42,529 bases of DNA, taken from Candidatus Methanophagales archaeon (lineage in GTDB: Archaea > Halobacteriota > Syntropharchaeia > Alkanophagales > Methanospirareceae). Positions 20,693 through 30,669 of this stretch are shown here, in pieces. The translations under genes were made by a program, and so were the position numbers. Position 1 is the first letter of the stretch; every line of letters begins with the position of its first letter. The DNA lies in the NCBI GenBank assembly GCA_028572065.1, contig JAPVWK010000002.1, forward strand, positions 1 to 42,529. Reading direction: 5' to 3'. Under the pieces are notes generated by a model. That model was given only the letters and a program-made list of their open reading frames with translations. It was not told where the DNA came from and made no database searches.

Positions 20693-21925
20693 TCATTCGC
20701 CCTTTCTTTTTTCACTCTTGAAATAGATAAAAACTCCTATTATGACCACGATCAAAAGAAATGCACTTGCTGCAATGGCCATGATTCCGGTATTCGAGCC
20801 TTCTTTTGATACCACAACCAATCTGAAGGATTCTATTGTATCAAGTCGTTCATCGCCATCTTCCCAGTAGATCCTTATATCGGTCTCGTAGTTATCTGCG
20901 ATTGTGTCACGGTCTGCTTCAAGCTCAAAGGTGGCTATCTTTTCTAAGCCCGGTTCAATATCGCCGAGATAATCTGTTTTTGTCCCTGTGAAATACGACT
21001 TGGTCTTTAATATGGCTTTTATGGATTCCGCATCCTTGTTTCCTATATTCTTGAGCGGGACATTAATTCTGAATTCTGTACCAGGAGTAATTGCAGCCGG
21101 ATTAGTTGTAGCCTCTCCGACCCGAAAGTCAGCTTGCGAAGCGATCTTCAAGGTGATGCTCTTCTCAAGCGAATACTTTTGGTCATCCTCGTCAATGTAG
21201 TCAATAGTGAGCGGAATGTTATAAGACCCTTCCTCCGCGCCGTCTTCTATATCCAGCGCGAATACAAAGTGGTAGCTTTTACGTGCCGGAATCTCTTCGG
21301 TGAAGTCAGAAGTAGAACCCGAATATGCCTCCATAAATGGACTGGCGGGAGCTATTTTGACGGTTACCGATCTCGCCTTTGCAGTTCCGGAATTCTCTAT
21401 TAATACTGTTACATTATTATTCTCGCTGTCTTCTCGTAGTTCCGCAGGGACCGTCTCGACATCGACAACCTCAAGCGTGGTTGTGCCTTCTACATTAAAG
21501 ACTAGCCTAATCTCTGTTTGCGGTCTCCCCTCAGTTTCATGCTGCCCGCCACTGACATTGAAGTAGTATTGATCGAAAGTGACCTGGATTGGAATAGCGT
21601 ATGCACCCTCTGTGATTTCATCCTCGGCTTTTATCGTGATTGGCACATCCTTTGAGCCCCACTCGCTGATCGAAGCGATGTGCACCGTGGATGACCCGAT
21701 AAGAGATATGCCTTCGGCACTCTCGAAATTCAAAGTGATATGACGTGCCTCTTGACCGCCCTGGTTCTTCACCGTGAGCGTGACTTCTTTTATGTCACCG
21801 GGCGCAAGGTCGGTTGGTGTGACCTTTGTAATCACGATCTTGGCATCTGCGGCTGCGTTTGCCGGTGCGACCCCCACCGCCATGACAAGGGTAAGGACTG
21901 CTAGCAAAAGTATGATCTGTTTCAT
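20693..21925 (-). CDS. COG1361 S-layer-family multi-Ig protein with a C-terminal TM anchor
   Basis: Signal peptide; three repeats like P.L.PG...V.L.V.N.G...A; C-terminal TM followed by KSEKRKGE. Confidence 0.85.
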   Translation of the reverse strand: MKQIILLLAVLTLVMAVGVAPANAAADAKIVITKVTPTDLAPGDIKEVTLTVKNQGGQEARHITLNFESAEGISLIGSSTVHIASISEWGSKDVPITIKAEDEITEGAYAIPIQVTFDQYYFNVSGGQHETEGRPQTEIRLVFNVEGTTTLEVVDVETVPAELREDSENNNVTVLIENSGTAKARSVTVKIAPASPFMEAYSGSTSDFTEEIPARKSYHFVFALDIEDGAEEGSYNIPLTIDYIDEDDQKYSLEKSITLKIASQADFRVGEATTNPAAITPGTEFRINVPLKNIGNKDAESIKAILKTKSYFTGTKTDYLGDIEPGLEKIATFELEADRDTIADNYETDIRIYWEDGDERLDTIESFRLVVVSKEGSNTGIMAIAASAFLLIVVIIGVFIYFKSEKRKGE

Positions 21926-21988
21926 GATGCTATCCTACTTGAATTTGTGCGCATATATACTTAACTCTTGCTTTTTGATTGCTTTGTT

Positions 21989-22010
21989 ACAAAAACCCAC
22001 TGATTTTTGT
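21989..22010. promoter_or_regulatory. Candidate operator between divergent promoters
   Basis: ACAAAAA-N8-TTTTTGT between TATA-like elements at ~21953-21960 (minus) and 22026-22033 (plus). Confidence 0.45.
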
Positions 22011-22077
22011 GCAGCTACTAAACATTTAAATACTTCAGGATTTACATTTTAGTAAAAAGTAAAAAGGTAACGAAAAG

Positions 22078-22623
22078 ATGAGCGAAGTTGTGATGCAAGA
22101 AGTGTTGGATTCATTAGCGAAAATCGGGAAGCAATGGGACTTAGGGGAATCAGTCGGACGAGTCTGGGGCTTCTTACTCTTTAAGTCCTGCCCCGTAACG
22201 CAGCGTGAGATAGAAGAAGGTACGGGCTACAGCCGGGGTTTGGTCAGCCGAAGTCTGAAGAGATTGGAACTAGGACCCATGATAGAAGTAAAGAGGGATG
22301 GACGAGAAATGCGCTATTCTGCTAATACCTCGTTAGCAGATGGTTTTGGTGAGCTAATGAAACATTTTCTTACCGATAAGATCAAGCCGATGATAGAACT
22401 TCTGTCCGATAATTTAGATACAATCGGGGATGAAAAAGTGAGACAGACGTTTCTTGCACTCATAAACGAATACAAGAAATTGAACCTCGCAGTACTCCTC
22501 TTTTCCAAATTGATAGACGACATAAATATGAGGCCCGGAGTGGTAGCGGATGTAGAAGAGCTGGCAACGAGAATATCTATAAAAATAGAGGGCAATATGG
22601 AGAAGGTGATAAGAAATGGATAA
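22078..22623 (+). CDS. GbsR/MarR-family winged-helix transcription regulator
   Basis: WDLGESVGRVWGFLLFKSCPVTQREIEEGTGYSRGLVSRSLKRL. Confidence 0.85.
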   Translation: MSEVVMQEVLDSLAKIGKQWDLGESVGRVWGFLLFKSCPVTQREIEEGTGYSRGLVSRSLKRLELGPMIEVKRDGREMRYSANTSLADGFGELMKHFLTDKIKPMIELLSDNLDTIGDEKVRQTFLALINEYKKLNLAVLLFSKLIDDINMRPGVVADVEELATRISIKIEGNMEKVIRNG

Positions 22624-23881
22624 TAAAGTAATATTAAAATCGCTTTGCGTCTTTGGCATAGCGTTTTTTATGGTATTTTCGCTTCTGCTTTCGTTTATAC
22701 CACAGGCAGATGCGGGTTTCGCTTCTGTCACGATAACGGACGTAAGACCGACAGAGTTGCATCCCGGCGACACAAAAGAAGTGACGGTAACTGTGAAGAA
22801 CAACGGCGGGCGGGATGCAAAGGATATTAGGCTGGCGTTTCAAGGTACGGATAATTTATCTGTCCTAGGACCCACGGTGGCGCAGATAAATACGCTGAAT
22901 TCATGGCACTCAAAGGACGTGGTAATTACCGTGTACGTGAAAGAGGAAGCGCAAAATGGTATTTATTCCCTTCCCGTAGCATGTTCGTGGCGAGACTTAT
23001 ATCTTGACCCCGCAAAGGGTCACGTAATTACTAACAAAACAAAAGAGCAATTAGGCATTTCTTTCAACGTGATAGGAGCAGAAGTGCTAAACATTGGCGA
23101 TATAACCACCGATCCCTCGGACATAAAACCAGGAGACGAGAATGTGGAGTTGACTGTGGATATAGAGAACAGTGGTGAAGCAGCCGCGAAGGATGTAGAA
23201 GCTAAATTGCTTTCTAATGAAGACTTCAAACCCTCGTGGTCCGGAACAGACCGCTCGTACATCGGCAGGTTGAATTCCGGCGACTCGAAAGAGGCTACAT
23301 TCCACGTTGACGTTTCTGACGAAATAGAATCGAATATCTACAGCATACCCCTGCGGATACGCTATAAAGATATGAGTGGCAAGGAATACGAGACGATGCG
23401 TGCGGTGGAGCTACTGGTGGAACCGAAACCAGAATTTGAAATTGTTTCTCACTATACCGTACCTAAGACGCTAAACGCAGGCGATAATGCGGTTAAGCTG
23501 CACGTGAAGGTAAAGAATATAGGTTCGGAGAATGCGGAATCTGTGAGTGTGCGGATTACAGACGAGGCGGATGTGCCCTTCGACTACGATGTAAAGAGCG
23601 ATTACGTAGGCAATTTGAAGGTGGGTAATGCACGTGAAGCGGTATTGGAGTTCGATGTGAAAAAGAAAGCGGAACCGAAGGAATATCCGCAGGGTATAGA
23701 AATTAGATGCACGGGGGATCGAGACTTAGGCGATGACACGGTATATGTATTTGATGAGCAAATCCTGTTGGCAGTATCGTCAGGTAGTTCTTCGAGCGGG
23801 TTTTCTGTCCCGGGATTTGGTGTTCTATTTGCCTTAATCGCACTTGTTTTCGCATTCGTAATGAGAATAAAGGGACTGTGA
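22616..23881 (+). CDS. COG1361 S-layer-family multi-Ig protein with a PGF-CTERM sorting signal
   Basis: Paralog of 20693-21925; ends SSGSSSSGFSVPGFGVLFALIALVFAFVMRIKGL. Confidence 0.87.
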   Translation: MDNKVILKSLCVFGIAFFMVFSLLLSFIPQADAGFASVTITDVRPTELHPGDTKEVTVTVKNNGGRDAKDIRLAFQGTDNLSVLGPTVAQINTLNSWHSKDVVITVYVKEEAQNGIYSLPVACSWRDLYLDPAKGHVITNKTKEQLGISFNVIGAEVLNIGDITTDPSDIKPGDENVELTVDIENSGEAAAKDVEAKLLSNEDFKPSWSGTDRSYIGRLNSGDSKEATFHVDVSDEIESNIYSIPLRIRYKDMSGKEYETMRAVELLVEPKPEFEIVSHYTVPKTLNAGDNAVKLHVKVKNIGSENAESVSVRITDEADVPFDYDVKSDYVGNLKVGNAREAVLEFDVKKKAEPKEYPQGIEIRCTGDRDLGDDTVYVFDEQILLAVSSGSSSSGFSVPGFGVLFALIALVFAFVMRIKGL

Positions 23882-23948
23882 AATCCTATGTCAAAACACT
23901 TGTTCTGTTCAGAAAAGAGAAAACCGCGGCTAAACGAAAAACAATACG

Positions 23949-25115
23949 ATGGTGCTAAAAGGAAAGATTAGCCTGGATAAGGCTTTAACGAAATTGGCTT
24001 CGTTTCAATGCCGGCATTATAAGCAGATAATCGTGGCGTCACTGATATTAACGGTGTTTTTAGGCTATGGTGCCACAAACCTGCAGTTTCAAGGTGACTT
24101 ATCGAAAGAAATGCCACAGGATTTGCCGGTATTCGTTTTAGAAGAGGAAATATCGAGTGAGTACCGCGGAGAAGAGTTCTTGGTTATAGCGGTTTGTTTA
24201 GAAGAAGAAACCGATGCAAATGACCTAGTTCGTGACATAAGGGACCCGAAGGTAATAGAATCCGTGGTTGAATTACACGAACGACTTGAAGCAGAGTCTT
24301 CTATTGAAAAGGTTCAGTCAATCGCACCTTATTTTCAAGATCGTGTGCCGGACGATTTAGAAGGAGTGAAGAAGAAGTTGGCATCTGCTCCGGGTGCAGA
24401 AAAATTCTTTAATGACGACTTTAGCATTATGCTGGTCTATGCCAGCCCAATAGCAGGTTTAAGCGAAGAGAAGGTGAAAGCAGCGACAGAGATGATACAA
24501 AAAGACGTTGACAGAACCACAAAACCCGCGGGTGTGGAATATAAGATAACGGGTATGGCACCGCTGATAAATGAACTATTAAGGTTGATGCGTGAGGACA
24601 TGGTTTTCACAACAGTGGTAGCCGCGATTATCATTTTTGTGTTACTGGCATTGCTGGAGCGGTCGTTAACAAAGGGTTTTCTCGTATTCCTACCGTTAAT
24701 TTTTGCTATTATATGGACTTTCGGGACTATGGGATTGCTTGGAATTTCTATATCTCTCAGTACGGTTATAATAGGTGCTGTTATCATCGGTCTGGGTGTC
24801 GAGTACGGGATATTCATGGTCTCGCGGTATTATGAAGAACGAGAGAGGCATACCTCTGCGGAATCGTTAAAAATTGCTATAACTAATATAGGCTCCTCAA
24901 CGTTTGGCTCCGCGGCAACGACTACTGTTGCGTTCTTCGCTTTGACGCTTTCCGTAATGCCAATGATTCAGCATCTGGGGCAGACACTGGCTCTGGGTAT
25001 AATCTACTGCTGGATCGCTGCTGTCATAGTAAATCCGTGTTTTATCGTTTTTGAAGAGCGCATAGAAGCAAAGGTATTAGCCAAATTGTTACATAAATGG
25101 GTGGGATCAGACTGA
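23949..25115 (+). CDS. Half-size MMPL/RND transporter subunit
   Basis: TM1, external domain and 5 TMs; GLGVEYGIF motif. Confidence 0.88.
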   Translation: MVLKGKISLDKALTKLASFQCRHYKQIIVASLILTVFLGYGATNLQFQGDLSKEMPQDLPVFVLEEEISSEYRGEEFLVIAVCLEEETDANDLVRDIRDPKVIESVVELHERLEAESSIEKVQSIAPYFQDRVPDDLEGVKKKLASAPGAEKFFNDDFSIMLVYASPIAGLSEEKVKAATEMIQKDVDRTTKPAGVEYKITGMAPLINELLRLMREDMVFTTVVAAIIIFVLLALLERSLTKGFLVFLPLIFAIIWTFGTMGLLGISISLSTVIIGAVIIGLGVEYGIFMVSRYYEERERHTSAESLKIAITNIGSSTFGSAATTTVAFFALTLSVMPMIQHLGQTLALGIIYCWIAAVIVNPCFIVFEERIEAKVLAKLLHKWVGSD

Positions 25116-25118
25116 AAA

Positions 25119-26330
25119 ATGCGTGATAAACTAAGTACATGGGGAAAAGGACCTTTGGAGAAGTATGCGAAGTTTGTATCGCATCACGCAATCGTTGTTT
25201 TAGCTATATTGCTTATGTTCACCCTTTTCACGGGTTATCATGCGTCATTGATGGAAACGACAGGGATTTCGCAGAAGGAATGGCTTCCTGAAGATATAGA
25301 AGTGATAAATACATTTGAGCTAATAGCAGACCAATTTGCGGGTAGCTTCACTACGACTACAATCGTAGTGCAAACCGAGCCAAGATATGCGAGATCTGAT
25401 GAGATACGGGATGTCAGAGACCCTGAAGTACTGAGATACGTTGATTTGCTTTCTGAACAAGCAAAACTCGTTTATGGTGTGGTGAGTGCAGAAAGTGCTG
25501 CAGATGTGATAAAAGAAGTGAACGGAGGTAGAATACCGAGTTCTTTAAGAAGTGTAAAGTCACTACTGAAAAAGGATAATATAGCGGAGCAAAGGATAAG
25601 CAATTATATTAACGATGACTATACAACGACCGTAGTACGGTTGAACATCTTAGAGGATGTAAATGAAGAAGAGGTGGTTGCGGGATTAAGAGAAGCGATG
25701 AAAATAGATAAACCACATGGTGTATCTGTTGATATGACTGGCGATACAACGAGTCCCGTGATAATGGTAACGATGCAAGAACTCATCAAGTCAACGATGT
25801 CGGAAACAGCTCTTGTCTGCTTTGTTGCTATCTTACTCATTCTTATCATTATATTTGCCTCTATTAAACATGGTCTTATTGCTTTACTAACGATTGTTTT
25901 TGGCGTTATATGGACATTTGGCACGCTCGTCTTGATGGGAATGAAGATAACACCACCTACATCTGCTGGGCTTGCAATGATAATGGGCATCGGGATAGAT
26001 TTCGGCATTCAAGTAACGAAGCGGTTTAGATACGAGTTGCAACAAACTTCAGGAAAGTTCAATCAAAAAACACCCCACAGAAACCGCGAGGAAGCAATGG
26101 TAACTACGATTAACAACGTGTTCTATCCGATGACCATAACGACAATAGCGGCGGTGGTAGGCTTCAAATGTCTTGCACTTGGTAAATTGCCGCTGATGGT
26201 AGATATGGGTACAATGATGGCAACGGGAGTGGTGTTTTGTATGGTTGCTGCCTTAACTGTGGTGCCTGCGGTTTTGGTGCTGCTTACAAGGAAAGATAAA
26301 AAAGAGGTGAGGAAGGATGGAACTAAATAG
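25119..26330 (+). CDS. Half-size MMPL/RND transporter subunit
   Basis: Own start codon and N-terminal TM; GIGIDFGIQ motif. Confidence 0.88.
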   Translation: MRDKLSTWGKGPLEKYAKFVSHHAIVVLAILLMFTLFTGYHASLMETTGISQKEWLPEDIEVINTFELIADQFAGSFTTTTIVVQTEPRYARSDEIRDVRDPEVLRYVDLLSEQAKLVYGVVSAESAADVIKEVNGGRIPSSLRSVKSLLKKDNIAEQRISNYINDDYTTTVVRLNILEDVNEEEVVAGLREAMKIDKPHGVSVDMTGDTTSPVIMVTMQELIKSTMSETALVCFVAILLILIIIFASIKHGLIALLTIVFGVIWTFGTLVLMGMKITPPTSAGLAMIMGIGIDFGIQVTKRFRYELQQTSGKFNQKTPHRNREEAMVTTINNVFYPMTITTIAAVVGFKCLALGKLPLMVDMGTMMATGVVFCMVAALTVVPAVLVLLTRKDKKEVRKDGTK

Positions 26331-26760
26331 AAAAATCAGAAGACTGCTAAACGCTCAGCTTCGGGATATGACCGTAGAGGATATTATGGCACCCGAAGTC
26401 GTTACGATTAACGAAGATGCGAGTCTGGAACAGTTATATTCTTTGATTAGCGAATACCACCATGTGGGCTATCCGGTGGTTAATAAAGAGAATAAGGTAA
26501 CGGGAGTTATTTCGTACAAAGATTTGTTTCGTGTAACAAGAGACGACTGGGGTAGTACCCATGTTAAAGAACGGATGAGTACACGGTTAGTCTGCGTCAG
26601 TCCTGGTGATGGTGTTATTGTAGCGGTGGAGAAGATGACAGAGGAGGGGATCGGTAGATTACTCGTGATGGAAGACGATACACTTGTAGGGGTTGTGTCA
26701 CGCAGTTCTATTATGGACGGTGCAGTAAAAAGGTTGTTAACTCAACGATGTGGGCAGTAG
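26317..26760 (+). CDS. CBS-pair protein
   Basis: VEDIM...YPVV...GVIS..D and VKERM...IGRLLV...LVGVVSRS; overlaps the upstream stop codon. Confidence 0.9.
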   Translation: MELNRKIRRLLNAQLRDMTVEDIMAPEVVTINEDASLEQLYSLISEYHHVGYPVVNKENKVTGVISYKDLFRVTRDDWGSTHVKERMSTRLVCVSPGDGVIVAVEKMTEEGIGRLLVMEDDTLVGVVSRSSIMDGAVKRLLTQRCGQ

Positions 26761-26862
26761 GCATTGCGTTTTGGATGGTTGTGGTAATGTAGTGATTGCA
26801 TGTGGTTCTGGTATTGTTGGAGAGGAGAAACAGATAAAAGTTTTCTTGTTTCGCGAGAAAAA

Positions 26863-26888
26863 TTCATACCTATGAAACTTTATATAGT
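26863..26888 (+). promoter_or_regulatory. Palindrome TTCATA-CC-TATGAA abutting a BRE/TATA element
   Basis: Perfect 6-2-6 inverted repeat directly followed by ACTTTATATAG, just upstream of ATG 26914. Confidence 0.5.
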
Positions 26889-26913
26889 ATTTTATTCATA
26901 GTATAAATCAATC

Positions 26914-27294
26914 ATGGTAAAAAGGAATTATATCGCAGATATAGAAAAGGCACTGAAAGAAGGAAAGGAACCAATAGAGTTACTGAACGTTATTTTAGGC
27001 TTTCTTAATTTTAAGCCAATAGAAATAAAAATTTATAATCTTTTACTGACCTCTTCGTTAACGATAAAACAAATTCAAAACCTGTTGAATATTTCAGAAC
27101 GAACAATACGGAAATATATCCAGAGATTAGACCATGAAGGATTTATAATTAAGAAGGTAGAAGAAGGTAAAAGGCTTAAATACGTTTATACTGCGGTTCC
27201 TATTCAGGAAGCATGGAATAAAGTAAAAGGGAAAATACAGCAAATAATAGATGAGATTACCAGAGTTCTGGAACTAAAGGCAGTGCTCTTTTAG
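26914..27294 (+). CDS. TrmB-like winged-helix transcription regulator (DNA-binding domain only)
   Basis: EIKIYNLLL...LTIKQIQNLLNISERTIRKYIQRL..EGFI...KYVYTAVP. Confidence 0.8.
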   Translation: MVKRNYIADIEKALKEGKEPIELLNVILGFLNFKPIEIKIYNLLLTSSLTIKQIQNLLNISERTIRKYIQRLDHEGFIIKKVEEGKRLKYVYTAVPIQEAWNKVKGKIQQIIDEITRVLELKAVLF

Positions 27295-27298
27295 TAGA

Positions 27299-28327
27299 TC
27301 ACCAATATGCATCTTCAAACGTTCCTACACCTTCGCCTACACCCTCTAAAGTAATCATTCTGCCTTCGGTTTTTAGATAAAACTCTGTAGGTGTAATAGC
27401 ATATACAATATAAACTTGCGAACCACCACCACCACTCATATCATATTGTTTTGTTGCATAAGTTTCTAAGACGATTCTAAGGGTTTTGTCATTATCTTGT
27501 CCCGCAATGGCCCAATTATTTCCCCTTTTTGATATTTTCAGCTGTGGATTATCAAATCTGATAATTTTGTTATTTTCAACATCATGAAAAGTTACAGACT
27601 CACGAAAATACGTTTTTGAACTCTTCCCTGTTTTGAGACAGAAAAATGAAATTGAAGAACCATTTTGAAATATTATTCTCCCCCAGTGAAACGGCCCGAA
27701 TATCGTTGCACCAACAACTTTTTGTAGATGTGCTGTCCCCTTGAACTTTTTTCCTAACACAAAGCCATCAACATCTGAAAAAACATCTACCCACCCCACA
27801 CCGAATGGTGGTAAGAACACACCACACGCGCTTTTGTCTTCCAAATAATTTCCTTTTGTTGTTTCTAAATTAATCAAATCCCCGACACTCAATTCATAAT
27901 TTGGAAAACTACCACTAAGTCTCATTTTTTGACCAGAAATCTCGGAAACAATCTTTTTTTCTTGGATTTCTACAATAGCGTTTGTATCTCCTAAATCACG
28001 AAGTTCTTCTCCATCATATACCCAACCAGCAGTAACAGCGTGGAATTTATTTTTTCCCGATTCTCTAAATACCATTTCTTTATTGTTAAACAACATCTTC
28101 TTCCCGTATTTTCTGAATATTAATAGCATAAATTGCACCGGATTTTCACCATCATGGCCAAAGAAAAGGAACCACCAATACTCTTTTCCTAAAGGAGGTA
28201 AAGTTTCGGCATTATACATTACGCGATCTAACAATGTTTTGCTCACATCTGAGCCATTTATAGAAGAAAGTTCTCGTATAAGCTTATAGTTTTCCCAAAT
28301 TCCCGTAATTTTGTTGATATAAATCAT
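27299..28327 (-). CDS. Hypothetical protein, possibly AttH/CrtC/tocopherol-cyclase-like beta fold
   Basis: KEYWWFLFF near the N-terminus, beta-rich, G.AHLQKV.G....GPFHWG; fold assignment is tentative. Confidence 0.55.
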   Translation of the reverse strand: MIYINKITGIWENYKLIRELSSINGSDVSKTLLDRVMYNAETLPPLGKEYWWFLFFGHDGENPVQFMLLIFRKYGKKMLFNNKEMVFRESGKNKFHAVTAGWVYDGEELRDLGDTNAIVEIQEKKIVSEISGQKMRLSGSFPNYELSVGDLINLETTKGNYLEDKSACGVFLPPFGVGWVDVFSDVDGFVLGKKFKGTAHLQKVVGATIFGPFHWGRIIFQNGSSISFFCLKTGKSSKTYFRESVTFHDVENNKIIRFDNPQLKISKRGNNWAIAGQDNDKTLRIVLETYATKQYDMSGGGGSQVYIVYAITPTEFYLKTEGRMITLEGVGEGVGTFEDAYW

Positions 28328-28329
28328 TT

Positions 28330-28509
28330 TTAATCACCCTTTCTAAATATTTTTTCGGAAAACTCTTTCTTGTTCAGCATTTCAACTCTCTTTTTTCTAA
28401 CACCCGAAACTATCAGCTTTTCACCACAATTAGGACATTTTCTATATCCTCTAAATAATCGCGCCACATCAAAATTTTCTTTACCGTTTGGACATTTCAC
28501 TAAAACCAT
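28330..28509 (-). CDS. Small zinc-ribbon-like protein
   Basis: MVLVKCPNG...KCPNCG; fills the gap between two co-oriented genes; the first CxxC is degenerate. Confidence 0.55.
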   Translation of the reverse strand: MVLVKCPNGKENFDVARLFRGYRKCPNCGEKLIVSGVRKKRVEMLNKKEFSEKIFRKGD

Positions 28510-28531
28510 GATTAACACTTCGCTAAACTCA

Positions 28532-30151
28532 TTATTTTTCCTCTGCCTCTTTAGTGGAACTAGGGACGCAATATTGTGGTTTGCACTCAATTCCTATTTT
28601 CCTTTTTATGAATATCTCGTCCAATCCTGAAAATTTCATGATTACTTTGAAGATTTTTTTGCCATGTTTCCACCGGTAGTATGGATATGATAACAAACTG
28701 CCGGCCATGACAATTTTATTTATTTCCGGTTTCCATGTGTTTATATCATAGCGACCACATCTCGCAAAGATTTCCCAGTGTAAAGTGTCGAGATTTTTAA
28801 GGTCTTTATGTTTTTGCCCTCTCAAAATGCACTCTTCCTCCGATGTGAAGAGAAGCGGAACATAAAAAATTTTAGCGTCCTTAAGTTTATCTAGAAGAGT
28901 GATAGTAGCGAGTATATCCTCTTTCTGTTCTCCTGGCAGACCTAAAATTAATGTCGCTAACGGATGGACATCATTATCATTTAGAACCCCAACCGATTGG
29001 ACAACAATATCTTGCCATTGTTCAGGTTTATAAGGTAGCATTTTTCCCTTCATATATTTTCCCATTAATCGTGCACTACCCGTCTCTATTCCAACTTCGA
29101 TAGAAGCACAACGTTTGTTGTTGCACCGCCATAAAGACTTCTCAACGAGTATCGGCGCTATTTCCTCTACAATTTTTCTATCGTAAACCACCGGAGCAAG
29201 AGAGGCATGGGCAATCTGTATGTAATCGACACCCCCGATCTTATCTATATCCTGAATGAGTTTTACAATCGCTTCCCTGTTGGGAATGAAATTTGGTTTT
29301 GATTTGTAGAGAAACACGTCATCGGTCTGAAGAAGGATTGCTCGTGTTCCACTTTTTGCATTCAGCTCAACTTCTCGCAGAATGTGTTCTAAAGGGAAGG
29401 AATATCGCTGACGCTGTGTAGGCGAACAGAACGCGCATCCTCGACCACAACCACGTGTTATTTCAACTGTCCCATAGATAGAAGGTTTTTTTATGATGGG
29501 GATTTCTTTATCCACGGGTATTTGCATTGTGATTACCCGATCAAGTGTTTCACCATTCAGAGCTTTTCCGAAGATTTGTAAGAGCGAGTTCTCTGCCTGT
29601 CCAATTAAAATAGTATCTATGCCGAGCTTGTCTTGCATATTTGCGCTTGAAATTTGCCAAGCGCCTGAGCCACCGACAATAATTTTAGCCCGGTATTTCC
29701 TGAGTGCTGGATTGGAGAGCAAATCTTCGAATTCTACTAATGTTGCAGGTTTTCCATTTATGCCGAAAATACTTGTGTACGTTCTGCTTACGAAACCTAT
29801 ACCGAGGGGGTCCATTGTAGAAATACCAATAATTTTTGTTTTCGGTCCGATAAAACGGTGGAGGCTTGTGGGGCACACTGTAACTACATTGCCCTCGCCA
29901 AACTCTTCAATCAGCAATGATTCAACTTTTCTCAAGCCATAAGGTGCGAACTTCGCAGTGCCATCTGGGTTGGAGGGAACAGGCGGATAAAGCTTCTTTT
30001 GCACAAGGACTTTTGGAAACCCCCCGGAAAAAGCGATAAATGGGTTAAGATTAAAATCACTCATTTCAATCATTGATGCTGTCAGAACTATCGGCACACC
30101 ACCATTTTCCGGTATTTTATTATCGAATTTCATGTGAACGAATTTATACAC
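28532..30151 (-). CDS. B12-binding-domain radical SAM enzyme, Grs/Gms (GDGT-modifying) family
   Basis: IVLTA..., APYGLRKVES, GISTMDPLG, IVGGSGAWQ, EITRGCGRGCAFC (CX3CX2C), GIETGS; this motif order matches my recollection of GrsA/GrsB. Alternative start ATG 30133. Confidence 0.82.
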   Translation of the reverse strand: MYKFVHMKFDNKIPENGGVPIVLTASMIEMSDFNLNPFIAFSGGFPKVLVQKKLYPPVPSNPDGTAKFAPYGLRKVESLLIEEFGEGNVVTVCPTSLHRFIGPKTKIIGISTMDPLGIGFVSRTYTSIFGINGKPATLVEFEDLLSNPALRKYRAKIIVGGSGAWQISSANMQDKLGIDTILIGQAENSLLQIFGKALNGETLDRVITMQIPVDKEIPIIKKPSIYGTVEITRGCGRGCAFCSPTQRQRYSFPLEHILREVELNAKSGTRAILLQTDDVFLYKSKPNFIPNREAIVKLIQDIDKIGGVDYIQIAHASLAPVVYDRKIVEEIAPILVEKSLWRCNNKRCASIEVGIETGSARLMGKYMKGKMLPYKPEQWQDIVVQSVGVLNDNDVHPLATLILGLPGEQKEDILATITLLDKLKDAKIFYVPLLFTSEEECILRGQKHKDLKNLDTLHWEIFARCGRYDINTWKPEINKIVMAGSLLSYPYYRWKHGKKIFKVIMKFSGLDEIFIKRKIGIECKPQYCVPSSTKEAEEK

Positions 30152-30236
30152 ATATATGAATTGTTCGTAACATATATAAATAGTATAAAAAAGTTTTTAT
30201 TATTACATCCTTGTATAACGAAAGGAGGTAAGAATC

Positions 30237-30665
30237 ATGGAAGGAAAAGAGAGTGAGATAACAAAAGCTGTTAGAGACGCGGTGGTAAAAGCGGTTGAGA
30301 AAGGAGAAAACGTAAAAGAAAAGGTGGGCGAGATCACGAGAGGTGCCGTTAAGAAGGCATTGGAGGGAGCCGACGTTACACGTGAAAAAGTGGAATCTGT
30401 GGCTAAAGACGCAATGAAAGGCGTGATTGAAGGAGCACGGAAGGCAAAAGTGGATGCTGCAGAGATTGTCAAAGGGGCTGCGGAGGGCATAATTGAGGGT
30501 ACAAAGCAGGCGGGTGCCAAATCGGCCGAGCTGACGGAACATGCCGCAGAAGCAGCTCTGGACGCCACGAAAGAAGCTGGTGATAAGGCTGTGGAAGTGG
30601 TGAAAGGTGTGGTGAAAGGGTTTCTTGAAGCCGCCAAAGAGATTTTAGAGAAGAAAAAGAAATGA
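30237..30665 (+). CDS. Ala/Lys/Glu-rich amphipathic helical protein (phasin/apolipoprotein-like)
   Basis: No Pro, Trp or Cys; repeated amphipathic segments; AAGGAGGT RBS; directly upstream of the UbiB kinase. Confidence 0.75.
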   Translation: MEGKESEITKAVRDAVVKAVEKGENVKEKVGEITRGAVKKALEGADVTREKVESVAKDAMKGVIEGARKAKVDAAEIVKGAAEGIIEGTKQAGAKSAELTEHAAEAALDATKEAGDKAVEVVKGVVKGFLEAAKEILEKKKK

Positions 30666-30669
30666 TAGA

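Noticed and set aside
23949-26330. A single MMPL gene broken by mutation
   Set aside because: Although in the same frame, each half has its own start, N-terminal TM with a leader, and a normal C-terminal tail; genuine half-size genes are more likely
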